Source of the DNA: an uncultured Gammaproteobacteria bacterium
Lineage (GTDB): Bacteria > Patescibacteriota > Microgenomatia > Levybacterales > UBA12049
DNA length: 64,000 bases
Assembly: GCA_965230895.1 (NCBI GenBank)
Contig: OZ246394.1
Span: forward strand, 712,627 to 776,626
Direction of reading: 5' to 3'
The notes beneath the pieces were generated by a model. It saw only the letters and a program-made list of their open reading frames with translations, searched no databases and was not told where the DNA came from. Below, piece by piece: positions 1-9,923 of this stretch. The translations under genes and the position numbers were made by a program. Numbering within the stretch: position 1 is the stretch's first letter; each line of letters opens with the position of its first letter.

Positions 1-414
1 AGGCATTACAAAAACATATGGGAGTAAGCTCTTCTGAAACGTGTTTTGTGTCAAACCTTTGTAATAACCAGCAACAACATCAACAGTCTTTTCTTTAAAA
101 GGTTTTATTATAGATTTAACCCAATCTTTGTCTAAGATATTACCAGCGTCAGAACAAAGAATTATGTCTCCAGATGCGTCTTTAATTGCAGTATTTCGTC
201 CAACAGATCTATTTCCTTTTTTGACAATAACTTTTACTTTTTTAACTATTTTGGGAAACTGAAATTCTTTAATTAGCGAGACTGTTTCATCAACACTTCC
301 CCCGTCAACAATAATGATTTCATCAGGAAGTTTTGTTTGAGCTGCAAGCGATTGCAAAAAATCTATAATGGTACTCTGCTCATTATAAATAGTTGTAATA
401 AAAGAAATCTTCAT
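1..414 (-). CDS. Family 2 glycosyltransferase (3' end runs off the window)
   Basis: Not in the ORF track. Read manually from ATG at 414: [44 protein letters not shown]...[10 protein letters not shown]...[10 protein letters not shown], a typical GT-A N-terminus. TATAAT lies 6 nt upstream. Confidence 0.9.
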   Translation of the reverse strand, partial: MKISFITTIYNEQSTIIDFLQSLAAQTKLPDEIIIVDGGSVDETVSLIKEFQFPKIVKKVKVIVKKGNRSVGRNTAIKDASGDIILCSDAGNILDKDWVKSIIKPFKEKTVDVVAGYYKGLTQNTFQKSLLPYVFVMP

Positions 415-420
415 GTGTAT

Positions 421-430
421 ATTATATAAT
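421..430. promoter_or_regulatory. Back-to-back -10 elements (palindrome ATTATATAAT) between divergent genes
   Basis: TATAAT reads on the minus strand at 421-426 and on the plus strand at 425-430, within the 37-bp gap between starts at 414 and 452. Confidence 0.5.
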
Positions 431-451
431 AGTATAGTAAAGCAGATTAAT

Positions 452-991
452 ATGACTAATTCTCGCACACTTTTAAGCCTTTTGGAATGGCTAGGGAATG
501 ATCTCGTAAGTGCGATCCCATCACATACACTAAGAAATTTCTTTTATAGAAATATTGCTGGCATAAAGATTGGCGAAGATAGCACAATTTCTATGCACTG
601 TACATTTTCGACATTCTCAAACATTACAATCAAAAATAATACTGCATTAAGTCAAGGCGTTTTTCTCGATGGACGGGGAACATTAGTTATTGGCAATAAT
701 GTTAATATCGGTAAAAACGTTCACATATATACTGCACAACATGATCCACAATCTCCCACTTTTGATTATATTAAGAAAAAAGTTGAGGTAAAAGATCATG
801 TATGGATTGCAAGTGATGTCATTATTATTCCAGGGGTTACTATTGGTGAAGGAGCAGTTCTTGCAGCTGGGGCCGTCGTAACAAAAGATGTCCAACCATA
901 CACAATCGTGGGTGGTAATCCTGCGAAATTCATAAAGAAAAGAAATAAAAAAATTCGCTACAAAACAAAATGGGCAGCTCTATTCTATTAG
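452..991 (+). CDS. Hexapeptide-repeat (LbH) sugar O-acetyltransferase, WcaF/Maa-like
   Basis: [46 protein letters not shown]. Start moved from 413 to ATG 452 to avoid overlapping the divergent gene. Confidence 0.9.
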   Translation: MTNSRTLLSLLEWLGNDLVSAIPSHTLRNFFYRNIAGIKIGEDSTISMHCTFSTFSNITIKNNTALSQGVFLDGRGTLVIGNNVNIGKNVHIYTAQHDPQSPTFDYIKKKVEVKDHVWIASDVIIIPGVTIGEGAVLAAGAVVTKDVQPYTIVGGNPAKFIKKRNKKIRYKTKWAALFY

Positions 992-995
992 TGAT

Positions 996-2078
996 TTGAA
1001 TCAGTTGATGAAAAAAAAGTCTTCATATAATTTTTCAGCAGATATTATTAGAGTGCTTGCAATTAGTGGGGTATTATTCATTCATATTGTTCATCCAGTC
1101 AATAATAATCCAGATCTTTTTGGAAAAATTGTATGGTGGATTGGAATTGCTATTGATGCTTTATCGAGAATTTCAATTCCTTTATTTGTCCTCTTAAGTG
1201 GGTATTTTCTTTTAAATAAAGACGAATCTTTCGCCCAATCATTAAAACGAACCGCTATTCGCATTGGTATTCCGCTTCTTTTTTGGTTGTTATTTTATAC
1301 TTGGTGGTATAGTCGACCATTAACTTTACCCTACTTTGATAGCTCTCTCATAACAAACTTATTTATTGTAAATGTATTTCATTTCTACTTCCTTATCATC
1401 ATGCTCGGACTTTACACTGTAGCGCCATTAATACGTTCTTACCTTCGTGCCACGACAAAAATAGAACACAAAAAGCTAATGATTCTATTGTTGAGTATTG
1501 GAGTCGTTGAAGTTATTGGGCAATATATATTGCAACGGTGTGCGATGGATAATATTTTTACATATTGGATACCTTATTCAGGACTTTTTGTTGCAGGATT
1601 CGTCCTAGGAAATGCAGCCAAATCAATAAATGCTACCAAACCACTGTTAATCACTTATTTTGTAGGATTAATAGCAACGATTATATTCAGCTACTTACAT
1701 TATCTTTGGAAGATTCAAGATATTAATTTCCTTGGGTCTGAGGGATGTATTGCATACTATTCGGACTATTATATGAGCATCCCAGTTCTTCTTATGGCAT
1801 TACCGGCTTTTGTACTTTTACTTCGTTCTAAATATCTTTTCTTAAATAAAAAGTATTTTACCACCAGCATTCGCTCATTATCAAAAGCAGTCTTTGGAAT
1901 CTATCTTAGTCACTTGTTTATCCTAAATATTCTCAATTATTATCTCTTCAGTTATCTTCCTCTCAATCTGTTTTTCGTAATAATGAAATGGATAGTAATT
2001 CTATTTCTTTCGTATCTATTCACCTTTATATGCATGAAGATTCCATTTATAAATCGTGTATTTGGAGCAAGAGATTAG
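996..2078 (+). CDS. Acyltransferase-3 family integral-membrane O-acetyltransferase (WecH/YiaH-like)
   Basis: DIIRVLAI...H, SIPLFVLLSGYFLL, HFYFL and FGIYLSH motifs; about 10 hydrophobic segments. ATG 1008 is an alternative start. Confidence 0.88.
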   Translation: MNQLMKKKSSYNFSADIIRVLAISGVLFIHIVHPVNNNPDLFGKIVWWIGIAIDALSRISIPLFVLLSGYFLLNKDESFAQSLKRTAIRIGIPLLFWLLFYTWWYSRPLTLPYFDSSLITNLFIVNVFHFYFLIIMLGLYTVAPLIRSYLRATTKIEHKKLMILLLSIGVVEVIGQYILQRCAMDNIFTYWIPYSGLFVAGFVLGNAAKSINATKPLLITYFVGLIATIIFSYLHYLWKIQDINFLGSEGCIAYYSDYYMSIPVLLMALPAFVLLLRSKYLFLNKKYFTTSIRSLSKAVFGIYLSHLFILNILNYYLFSYLPLNLFFVIMKWIVILFLSYLFTFICMKIPFINRVFGARD

Positions 2079-2105
2079 TCTTTAAGGTAGCAGAAGGTAA
2101 GTTGG

Positions 2106-2864
2106 TTATTCCTTTTCAGCTTTTGCTTGTTCGTAGCGGAGGCCGCCCATTTCATATGCGCTATTTGGCTTCTTTACTCCCCCTTTGATAAGCGTATAGA
2201 GCGTGTAATAGACATAATCAAATGTAATCTTCCAAGTCCCTTCAACTTCAAAACGGCGCATTGAGAAATAACATCCAACATTATAAATAAGTGTTGGAGA
2301 AATACCATGCTTATGCGCCTTCATAATCAAATTATGATCCTCGCCAATAATAATTGCCTCATCAAAGCCACCAATCTTTTCAAATAACTTCTTCTGGATA
2401 ACAATATGTGGGCCTGTTGATATAGGATATCCGATCGATTTCATCACACGGACAAAAGAAATACTACAAAAAAATAAAGCTCGATGAAGAGGAGAAGATG
2501 TGCTTGGTCGGACAAAGGGAAGATACAGCTCTCTATAATCTTTTTCGATTCTTTTTAAGATCTTTTCCATAACGTCTTTATCAAGCCGCGTGTCTGCATC
2601 AAGGAAAAAGATATATTCGCTCTCAACATATTTTGCACCAACATTCCGTTGAAGAGCAGCGCCTTTGGCTGAAGACTCAATAAATTGAAGGGATAACTTT
2701 TTCTTAAATGATTCAGCAGCTTTTTTCGTATTATCCTGTGATTTTGCATCAATGATAACGACTTCAAAATTTTTCTCAGTTTGGTCTACGAGGTCTTGGA
2801 GCAAGAGGGGCAAATAGTGTTCTTCATTCAACGTAGGAATGACGATGGTGATTTTCGCACGCAT
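2106..2864 (-). CDS. Family 2 glycosyltransferase
   Basis: IVIPTLNEE, IIDAKSQD, FFLDAD (DxD), GGFDE...GED. Confidence 0.92.
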   Translation of the reverse strand: MRAKITIVIPTLNEEHYLPLLLQDLVDQTEKNFEVVIIDAKSQDNTKKAAESFKKKLSLQFIESSAKGAALQRNVGAKYVESEYIFFLDADTRLDKDVMEKILKRIEKDYRELYLPFVRPSTSSPLHRALFFCSISFVRVMKSIGYPISTGPHIVIQKKLFEKIGGFDEAIIIGEDHNLIMKAHKHGISPTLIYNVGCYFSMRRFEVEGTWKITFDYVYYTLYTLIKGGVKKPNSAYEMGGLRYEQAKAEKE

Positions 2865-2908
2865 AAAAGTATTGTAGTTTATACGTTCTCATTGTACAAT
2901 AGCATAAT

Positions 2909-3691
2909 ATGGGCCAAGATGCCTTAAAAATATCTGTCGTAATCCCCGTCTATAACGAGGAAAAATACATCGGAAAATGTTTGGAAAGTCTTATGAAACA
3001 AACAGTCCCGGCAGATGAAATTATTGTCGTAAACAATAACTCCACAGACAATAGCGTCAAAATTGCGAAACAATACCCGGTACGAATCGTCAATGAAAAA
3101 AAGCAAGGCATGACCCCTGCTCGAAACCGCGGTTTTAATGAAGCAAAATACGATATTATTGTCCGCACAGATGGCGATACAATACTTCCTCCGAATTGGA
3201 TCAAGCGAATTAAACGAAGCTTCGCAGATGAAAAATTAGTAGCGCTCGCTGGTCCAGGTGAATTCTATGATCTGCCAAAGCTTTTTGATAATTCACGATG
3301 GCAAACAAAAGCTGAATGGGTCAAACTTATCGTAGGCTACAATAAAATTGTTAAGCAATTGATAAAACATGATTGCCTCTATGGACCTAACTATGCACTT
3401 CGACGAAGTGCCTGGGAGCAAATTAAAAATACTGTTTGCCTTGATGACAAACAAGTACATGAAGATTTGGACTTAGCAATCCATATCGCGCCACTCGGTA
3501 AAATTAAGTTTTACAGGAATCTTATTGTGAAGACTTCAGTACGTCGTTGGAAAAAGCCAGAAGCATATGTAGAATACCTCTACAGAGGCCTGAAATCCAT
3601 TCAGAAGCACCAACTGAATAGTACACGACAAAGAAGTACGCAACTTGTTAAAAAGATTGTTTCGAAAGCATTTCTCCTTAATCGACTCTAA
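2909..3691 (+). CDS. Family 2 glycosyltransferase
   Basis: ISVVIPVYNEEKYI, VNNNSTD, RTDGD, HEDLDL. Confidence 0.92.
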   Translation: MGQDALKISVVIPVYNEEKYIGKCLESLMKQTVPADEIIVVNNNSTDNSVKIAKQYPVRIVNEKKQGMTPARNRGFNEAKYDIIVRTDGDTILPPNWIKRIKRSFADEKLVALAGPGEFYDLPKLFDNSRWQTKAEWVKLIVGYNKIVKQLIKHDCLYGPNYALRRSAWEQIKNTVCLDDKQVHEDLDLAIHIAPLGKIKFYRNLIVKTSVRRWKKPEAYVEYLYRGLKSIQKHQLNSTRQRSTQLVKKIVSKAFLLNRL

Positions 3692-3698
3692 CGTTGCG

Positions 3699-3726
3699 TT
3701 GACAAATGTTTTTTACCTGAGATAAT
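3699..3726 (+). promoter_or_regulatory. Sigma70-type promoter of lepB, probably leaderless
   Basis: TTGACA (3699-3704), 16-nt spacer, TG-a-GATAAT (hexamer 3721-3726), ATG 6 nt later. Confidence 0.6.
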
Positions 3727-3732
3727 TAAAGT

Positions 3733-4308
3733 ATGAATACCGAAGTGTTTAAAAAAGCTTATTTCTTTACTCTTGATCTACTTCAGACCATCCTCCTTGC
3801 TGCATCGATTTTCTTGGTTATCTATATCTTCTTCTTCCGTCCGTTTCAAGTAAGTGGTGAATCAATGTATCCTACATTTAAAAATAAAGAATATATTTTG
3901 ACAAATCTTATCACCCTGAAACTTGGCCATCCTGTAAAAGGTGATGTTATCGTGTTTAAAGCACCTACAGATCAAGACAAGGACTTTATTAAGCGTGTTA
4001 TCGGGACAGCTGGAGATAGTGTATCTGTCCAAGAAGGTTTCGTTTATGTAAATGGAAAGAAGCTTAATGAATCAGAATACCTTGATAGCGAAGTCAGAAC
4101 ATATGGAGGAAGCTTCTTGAAAGACGGTGAATCTGTCACAGTTCCGCAAGGTGAATATATCGTCATGGGTGATAATCGTCCATTCAGTTCAGATTCGCGT
4201 GAATGGGGCTTTCTAAAAGAGAAAGATATTATCGGAAAGTCATTCTTTGTCTATTGGCCAGTAAATACAATGAGACTCATTACAAACCCCTACCCTGCAG
4301 CAAAATAA
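3733..4308 (+). CDS. lepB: Signal peptidase I
   Basis: N-terminal TM helix, VSGESMYPT (catalytic Ser), FIKRVIG (catalytic Lys), MGDNRPFSSDSREWG. Confidence 0.97.
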   Translation: MNTEVFKKAYFFTLDLLQTILLAASIFLVIYIFFFRPFQVSGESMYPTFKNKEYILTNLITLKLGHPVKGDVIVFKAPTDQDKDFIKRVIGTAGDSVSVQEGFVYVNGKKLNESEYLDSEVRTYGGSFLKDGESVTVPQGEYIVMGDNRPFSSDSREWGFLKEKDIIGKSFFVYWPVNTMRLITNPYPAAK

Positions 4309-4392
4309 TTTATCTTCATTAAGCCATTATATGTGAGGTCATGGACAAGTTCTCCCTTACAAGGACTTAGGATAACAAGAGAAGAATTTTAA

Positions 4393-5214
4393 TTACTTCG
4401 TAAGGATTTCGTGGATTTGCTTTAGCTTCTCTGAAGTAACTTCAGGTGAACCTTTAATAACCAATGTTACTCTCGCCAATTTACTTGATTGGAAGATTTG
4501 GACTTTATCATAATCAAATTTCTCTTCGATTTCTTTCGCCATTTGGTCTTGCTCTGGAACCCAAAGCTGATCTTTTGGTTGTGCAACTTCTTTCTTTTGT
4601 GTTTCACCCTTTACTTTACGAGCAAGTTCTTCTGTTTGTCGTACAGTGTAGTTATCGCGAAGAATTGTCTTAAAGACATCCAACATCAACTTTGGATCTC
4701 CAAGTGACAATAACGGACGCACATGACCTTCTGTGATAACTCCAGCAACCAATGCATCTTTGATAGCATCAGGCAATGAGAGCAAACGAATTGTATTTGA
4801 TACAGCTGGTACACTCTTACCAACTCGCTTTGCAACTTCAGTTGTCCCCAAACCGAATTCATCAATTAACCTTCGATACGCTAACGCCTTCTCGATAGGA
4901 TTAAGGTCCTCACGCTGAACGTTTTCAACGATAGACATTTCAAGCATTCTTTGAGGAGTAGTTTCTTTAACAACAACTGGAACTTTGACAAGTCCAAGAA
5001 TCTTTGCAGCTCTCCATCGACGCTCTCCTGCAATGATTTGATATCCTGCAGGGGTTTTTGCAACGACGATAGGTTCGAGAATTCCTTGTTCACGGATTGA
5101 TTCGACTAAGTCTGTGAGTGAGTCAGGGGTGATAACGCCACGAGGCTGCAGTGGGTTAGATTGCAGATGATTAGTTTCTAATTCGTATAATCGATCTCCA
5201 GATTGGTTATCCAT
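4393..5214 (-). CDS. parB: ParB/Spo0J chromosome-partitioning CTPase
   Basis: [17 protein letters not shown] (GxxR CTP motif), [17 protein letters not shown] region; start overlaps the rpmA stop. Confidence 0.95.
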   Translation of the reverse strand: MDNQSGDRLYELETNHLQSNPLQPRGVITPDSLTDLVESIREQGILEPIVVAKTPAGYQIIAGERRWRAAKILGLVKVPVVVKETTPQRMLEMSIVENVQREDLNPIEKALAYRRLIDEFGLGTTEVAKRVGKSVPAVSNTIRLLSLPDAIKDALVAGVITEGHVRPLLSLGDPKLMLDVFKTILRDNYTVRQTEELARKVKGETQKKEVAQPKDQLWVPEQDQMAKEIEEKFDYDKVQIFQSSKLARVTLVIKGSPEVTSEKLKQIHEILTK

Positions 5215-5458
5215 GGATTACCTCTACATATTTTTTGCCTTTAAGTGTTTTGAAGTGGACAGTTCCCTCTTCAACTGCAAATAATGTAAAGTCACGTCCC
5301 ATGGAGACACCATCTCCTGCATTGAACTTTGTACCAACCTGACGAACGATGATACTTCCTGGTGTAGCTTTTGATCCACCATAGATCTTAACACCACGTC
5401 GCTTTGGTCGTGAGTCTCTATTTCCTTTTACTGATCCTTGTGCTTTTGTATGTGCCAT
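5207..5458 (-). CDS. rpmA: 50S ribosomal protein L27
   Basis: [24 protein letters not shown]...[10 protein letters not shown]...GRDFTLFA. Confidence 0.98.
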   Translation of the reverse strand: MAHTKAQGSVKGNRDSRPKRRGVKIYGGSKATPGSIIVRQVGTKFNAGDGVSMGRDFTLFAVEEGTVHFKTLKGKKYVEVIHG

Positions 5459-5484
5459 AGTCTTTTATGTGAAAACTTGAGTTA

Positions 5485-5513
5485 ATAGTACGGCAAGTTT
5501 TCGATCCTGTCAA
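5485..5513 (-). promoter_or_regulatory. Sigma70-type promoter for rpmA-parB
   Basis: Minus strand TTGACA (5508-5513), 17-nt spacer, TACTAT (5485-5490). Confidence 0.65.
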
Positions 5514-5515
5514 GC

Positions 5516-5851
5516 TTATTCAGCTTTCTTTGCGCCTTTACTCTTGAATCCAGTTACCTGAACCTTTGTAAGTTGTGCTCGAAAACCAATTGTCTTTCGG
5601 TATTTTGCTTTTGCTTTGAACTTAGAAACTCGGATCTTTTCACCTTGAGACTGTTCCAAAACCTTAGTTGTAACAGTTACATTTTCAAGATACGGAGTTC
5701 CAAGACTGATTGCATCACCATCTACTGACATAAGTACCTGATTCAAAACATATTCTGAACCTGGTTCTGCTTGTACTCTATCGAGTTCGAGGACTTGTCC
5801 TTCGGTTACTTTATATTGCTTTCCGCCGTTGGCTATAATTGCGTATTTCAT
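5516..5851 (-). CDS. rplU: 50S ribosomal protein L21
   Basis: MKYAIIANGGKQYKV...KYRKTIGFRAQLTKV. Confidence 0.98.
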   Translation of the reverse strand: MKYAIIANGGKQYKVTEGQVLELDRVQAEPGSEYVLNQVLMSVDGDAISLGTPYLENVTVTTKVLEQSQGEKIRVSKFKAKAKYRKTIGFRAQLTKVQVTGFKSKGAKKAE

Positions 5852-5901
5852 ACTACGAGGAAGATTATATCAAACTCAACGCGCTTGGGCAAGAAGCAGC
5901 C

Positions 5902-6984
5902 TTACTTTATCTCAAGGATGTGTTTATGCTTTGCCGATGTACTCATGGATGAAAGGAGACCAAGAAAGATAAAGTTGGACAAAAGTGAGCTTCCACCAAA
6001 TGAAACAAAAGGCAATGTCACTCCCACAATAGGCACGATTCCGATGTTCATCCCTATATTTACAAATGCAGGAATCAGCACAATACCAAATGTACAGGCA
6101 GCAAATACCCGGATGAAAGCGTCATTTGTTCGTGAATAAATAAGATAAATGCGATAGCAAAGAAACATTATTGTTACGATAATAATGAGCGCACCAAAGA
6201 AACCTAACCCTTCAGCTATCGTTGCGAAGATAAAATCAGTTTGACGTTCTGGGAGGAAGCGGAGACCTGATTGCGTTCCCTCTGATAATCCTTTTCCCAT
6301 AAAGTGTCCCGAACCAACAGCAATCATAGCTTGAATTGTATTGTATGATATGCCCAAAGGATCTGATTGCGGATTGATAAACGTTAAAATACGCTCTCTT
6401 TGATAATCATGCATGCGCATCCAAATAAATGGCGACATAATGACAAACGGCGCTATCAATGCAGCGAACCAACGGAACGGATATCCACAGATGACAAGAG
6501 CAAACATCGCTGTACTCCCATAAAGTATCGCACTTCCTAAATCAGGCTGTAATTCAACCAAAAGAAATACTGGCGCAATTAAAGCAATTGTCTTAAAGAA
6601 AGTCTTTATATTGGGCGCCTTCTGATCTGCTACCCATGAAGCAAAGGCAATTGCGAGGAATGGCTTAAGAATTTCAGAAAATTGTAGTCTGATGCCAAAA
6701 ACCTCTACCCACCTTGTTGCACCCCGACTTTCGTATCCAATTGCCAAAGTTATACATAAAATAACAATTGAAATGATATAGATCGGCAAACGAAACTTTT
6801 GGATAAAATGTGTACTTGCTTGCGAGAAAAAAAGAAATGCAGCAAGTGCAATGACAAGAGATGCTAACTGGCTCTTGAAAAAGGCTGGATTAAGGGAGAG
6901 GAGTGTCACAAGACTTAATGAAACAAGGATAATCACCGGGATCATTAATTGATAATCTATTCGGAACTTCGCTTTGGCCTTCAT
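5902..6984 (-). CDS. rodA: SEDS peptidoglycan glycosyltransferase RodA
   Basis: GATRW, QFSEILK, QPDLGS, YQRERI, IAVGSG, FLPERQTDFIF, GVTLPFVSFGGSS. Start placed at ATG 6984, with TATAAT 7 nt upstream. Confidence 0.92.
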   Translation of the reverse strand: MKAKAKFRIDYQLMIPVIILVSLSLVTLLSLNPAFFKSQLASLVIALAAFLFFSQASTHFIQKFRLPIYIISIVILCITLAIGYESRGATRWVEVFGIRLQFSEILKPFLAIAFASWVADQKAPNIKTFFKTIALIAPVFLLVELQPDLGSAILYGSTAMFALVICGYPFRWFAALIAPFVIMSPFIWMRMHDYQRERILTFINPQSDPLGISYNTIQAMIAVGSGHFMGKGLSEGTQSGLRFLPERQTDFIFATIAEGLGFFGALIIIVTIMFLCYRIYLIYSRTNDAFIRVFAACTFGIVLIPAFVNIGMNIGIVPIVGVTLPFVSFGGSSLLSNFIFLGLLSSMSTSAKHKHILEIK

Positions 6985-7038
6985 TGGGGATATTATATAC
7001 AAACGGAACAGTCATTGCGAGGAATGAAAAACGAAAGA

Positions 7039-9858
7039 TTACTCGCGACTTTTAACCGAGAATTCTCCTTCAGAAATAGAGTCAACCAATGCATTCTTCT
7101 TGATGTACTCTTCAAAATCCTTTGGCCAAGATTCCATCGTAACTTCTACCTTTTCATCTAGCTTTGTTCCAAGCTTTTTTCGCTCTTCCTGAATCTTTCG
7201 GACAATTTCACGCGCGTGACCTTCAGCAACAAGTGATTCGGTCAAGCTTGTATCGAGCTCAACACTCATCTCCCCGGATTTGGCATCGTGGAATGAAACT
7301 TCCTTTATATTTAATTCATCAAGAATAAGTTGATATAACGATGCATCAACCTTATCTTCAGAATGAACCTGAATTGATGCCAAAGGCTGTTTCACTTTAA
7401 TCTGTTTTTCTTTTCGCTGAGCCAATCCCATCTCAACCACTTTTCGGACAACTTTCATCTGGTCAAGAAGACCTTGATTTATTGAACCAAAACTTTTCGG
7501 CCAATCAGTCAAATGCACTGACTCTTCATCAGTTAAATTGCGGTACATTTCTTCCGAAACAAATGGAACGATAGGCGCAAGAAGCTGTGTCAATGTGACC
7601 AAGACATAATGCGTAGTTTCATAGAATGCCTTCTTATCTTTTTCATCTTCAGCACTTGGACCAACTCTGTCACGACTTCGGCGGATGTACCATGTTGAAA
7701 GATCAGTGATGAACAGCTTTAGTGCATCAATTGCGCCAACAGTATCGTAATTGTCCAAACTCTTTGTAACATCGACTTTTAATTGTTCAAGTAAATTAAG
7801 TATCCATTCATCCAAAACATTCTCACTTCTCACTTCTAACTTCTCACTTCCGTCAGGTTTCCAACCATCCAAATTCGCATAGGTAATAAAGAAGTTGTAC
7901 GTATTCCAAAGAATAAGCATCGTTGTTCTAAGCTGCAATTTGTATTGTTCTTCTGAGATTAAGATATCTTCTCCACTCATAACTGGAGTACCTAGAAGAT
8001 ATAATCGAAGCGCATCACCACCATATTTCTCAAGCATTTCTGCTGGATCTGGGTAATTCTTGAAGTTTTTACTCATCTTTCGACCATCGGTTCCTAAGAT
8101 AACTCCAGTTACACTGACATTCTTAAATGCTTGCTGTTTATATAATGCTGCTCCAATCACATGCAAAACGTAGAACCATGAACGGATTTGGCCTGTATAT
8201 TCTGAAATATAATCTGGCGGGAAGAAGTCTTCAACCTTTTCGGATGAATCAAATGGAAAATGTCTTTCAGCAAATGATGCGGAACCAGCTTCGATCCAAC
8301 TATCCAGCACCTCAGGGACGCGATGTGCTTTTTTACCGCATTCTTTACATGTTACGGTGACTTCGTCAATTTCTGGTCGATGAAGTTCTGTTACTTTTTG
8401 TCCAGATGCTTTTTCAAGATCAGCAACAGACCCAGGGACATATCGTTCGCCGCATTCACATTCCCAAACCGGAACTGGACTTCCCCAATATCGGTTTCGA
8501 GAGATATTCCAATCAGGTGCGTTTTCAACACTCTTTTGGAATCGACCTTTTTTGAAATGTTTTGGATACCAATGTACTTTCTCATTGGTTTCAAGAAGCA
8601 ATGGCTTGAGGTCTTGAACATTTACATACCATGCATTGATCGGTGCGTAATACAAACGTGTATGACATCGCCAACACAATGGGACTCTGTGCATATAATC
8701 TTTGTTTGAGTAGATTAAACCTCGTTCTTCTAAATCAGCATTCACTGCTTTATTTGCTTTAAGGTAATACATACCACCAAACTTTGGCACATCAGGTTTA
8801 ACTGTCCCTTCGTCATCAAGATGGGTTTCGATATAGACACCTTGCTCTTGCATCACTTTCAAATCTTCTTCTCCGTATGCAGCGATTGTAACGATACCAG
8901 TACCTTCATCCGCTGTGACAAAATCTCCACCAATGATTTCAAAGACTTTTCCAGTTGCACGCTCTCGATAATAATCATAATGAGGAGTGAATTTCTTTCC
9001 AATCAAATCTTTCCCTTTGTAGTGCTCAACAATTTCAAATTTTGGTTCTTCATGAAGCATCTTGAGTGTTGTTTCAGCGAGGATATAAAATTCGTCGCCT
9101 TGCTTCACTTTGACATAGGTTAACTTTGGATTAAGCGCAAGTACTGGTGTATTTATCTTGTTCCATGGAGTTGTAGACCAAGCAAGGAAATACGTATTTT
9201 CTTCACCTTCGACTGGATATTTATACGTGGTTGCTGGGTCAACTAATTCTTTGTAGTTTTCAGCATCCATTGCAACTTCGAAGTTCGAAATAGGTGTTGA
9301 GCAATGTGGGCAATACAAATTAACTTTGTATCCTTTGTATATATGGCCTTTGTCATACATTTGTTTGAAGACCCACATGACTGATTCCATGTAATCGGTT
9401 TCCCATGTTCTGTATGCGTTTTTGAAATCGACCCATCGACCGATTCGGTCCACGTACCATTCCCAATCAGAAGAAACGACATTCACATAGGATTTGCATG
9501 CATCGATAAACTTTTTGATACCGACAATTTCTTCAATATCTTTTTTACGTGATATTTCTAATTCATTCTCAACTTTGTTTTCGATAGGTAGACCATGACC
9601 ATCCCATCCCCAAACGCGTCGGACTCTATAGCCTTTCATCGTCCAGTAGCGACCGAAAACATCTTTTGGCAAACTTGAAAGCAATGATCCATAATGTGGC
9701 ATACCCGTCACAAATGGCGGACCATCAAGGAAAGTCCATCGTTTATCTTCTGGACGTGAGGTTATACTTTTTTCAAAGATTCTATTTTCTTTCCAATATT
9801 GATTAATCTTATTCTCTAATTCTGGAAAGTTAACTTTTGGAGAAACTGGTTTCAACAT
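7039..9858 (-). CDS. ileS: Isoleucyl-tRNA synthetase, type 2 (archaeal/eukaryote-like)
   Basis: DGPPF.TG.PHYG, GWDGHGLP, WSTTPW, GTGIV, DWNISRNRYWG, KMSK(N), C-terminal ELN.KE and EG.ARE..R.IQ..RK. Confidence 0.97.
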   Translation of the reverse strand: MLKPVSPKVNFPELENKINQYWKENRIFEKSITSRPEDKRWTFLDGPPFVTGMPHYGSLLSSLPKDVFGRYWTMKGYRVRRVWGWDGHGLPIENKVENELEISRKKDIEEIVGIKKFIDACKSYVNVVSSDWEWYVDRIGRWVDFKNAYRTWETDYMESVMWVFKQMYDKGHIYKGYKVNLYCPHCSTPISNFEVAMDAENYKELVDPATTYKYPVEGEENTYFLAWSTTPWNKINTPVLALNPKLTYVKVKQGDEFYILAETTLKMLHEEPKFEIVEHYKGKDLIGKKFTPHYDYYRERATGKVFEIIGGDFVTADEGTGIVTIAAYGEEDLKVMQEQGVYIETHLDDEGTVKPDVPKFGGMYYLKANKAVNADLEERGLIYSNKDYMHRVPLCWRCHTRLYYAPINAWYVNVQDLKPLLLETNEKVHWYPKHFKKGRFQKSVENAPDWNISRNRYWGSPVPVWECECGERYVPGSVADLEKASGQKVTELHRPEIDEVTVTCKECGKKAHRVPEVLDSWIEAGSASFAERHFPFDSSEKVEDFFPPDYISEYTGQIRSWFYVLHVIGAALYKQQAFKNVSVTGVILGTDGRKMSKNFKNYPDPAEMLEKYGGDALRLYLLGTPVMSGEDILISEEQYKLQLRTTMLILWNTYNFFITYANLDGWKPDGSEKLEVRSENVLDEWILNLLEQLKVDVTKSLDNYDTVGAIDALKLFITDLSTWYIRRSRDRVGPSAEDEKDKKAFYETTHYVLVTLTQLLAPIVPFVSEEMYRNLTDEESVHLTDWPKSFGSINQGLLDQMKVVRKVVEMGLAQRKEKQIKVKQPLASIQVHSEDKVDASLYQLILDELNIKEVSFHDAKSGEMSVELDTSLTESLVAEGHAREIVRKIQEERKKLGTKLDEKVEVTMESWPKDFEEYIKKNALVDSISEGEFSVKSRE

Positions 9859-9923
9859 GAATACAATTGTACTTCAAACCTGAGCCTATTTCAAGAATGA
9901 CATGCTGAATCTTTTAAAGAGGA

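Noticed and set aside
1011-1018. A8 tract at the start of the acyltransferase, and similar A/T runs near 55900 and 60715, as phase-variation sites
   Set aside because: Runs of this length are common in AT-rich DNA and the reading frames are intact.
4309-4392. Possible parS site or terminator between convergent lepB and parB
   Set aside because: No TGTTTCACGTGAAACA-like palindrome and no convincing hairpin with a U-tract by eye.
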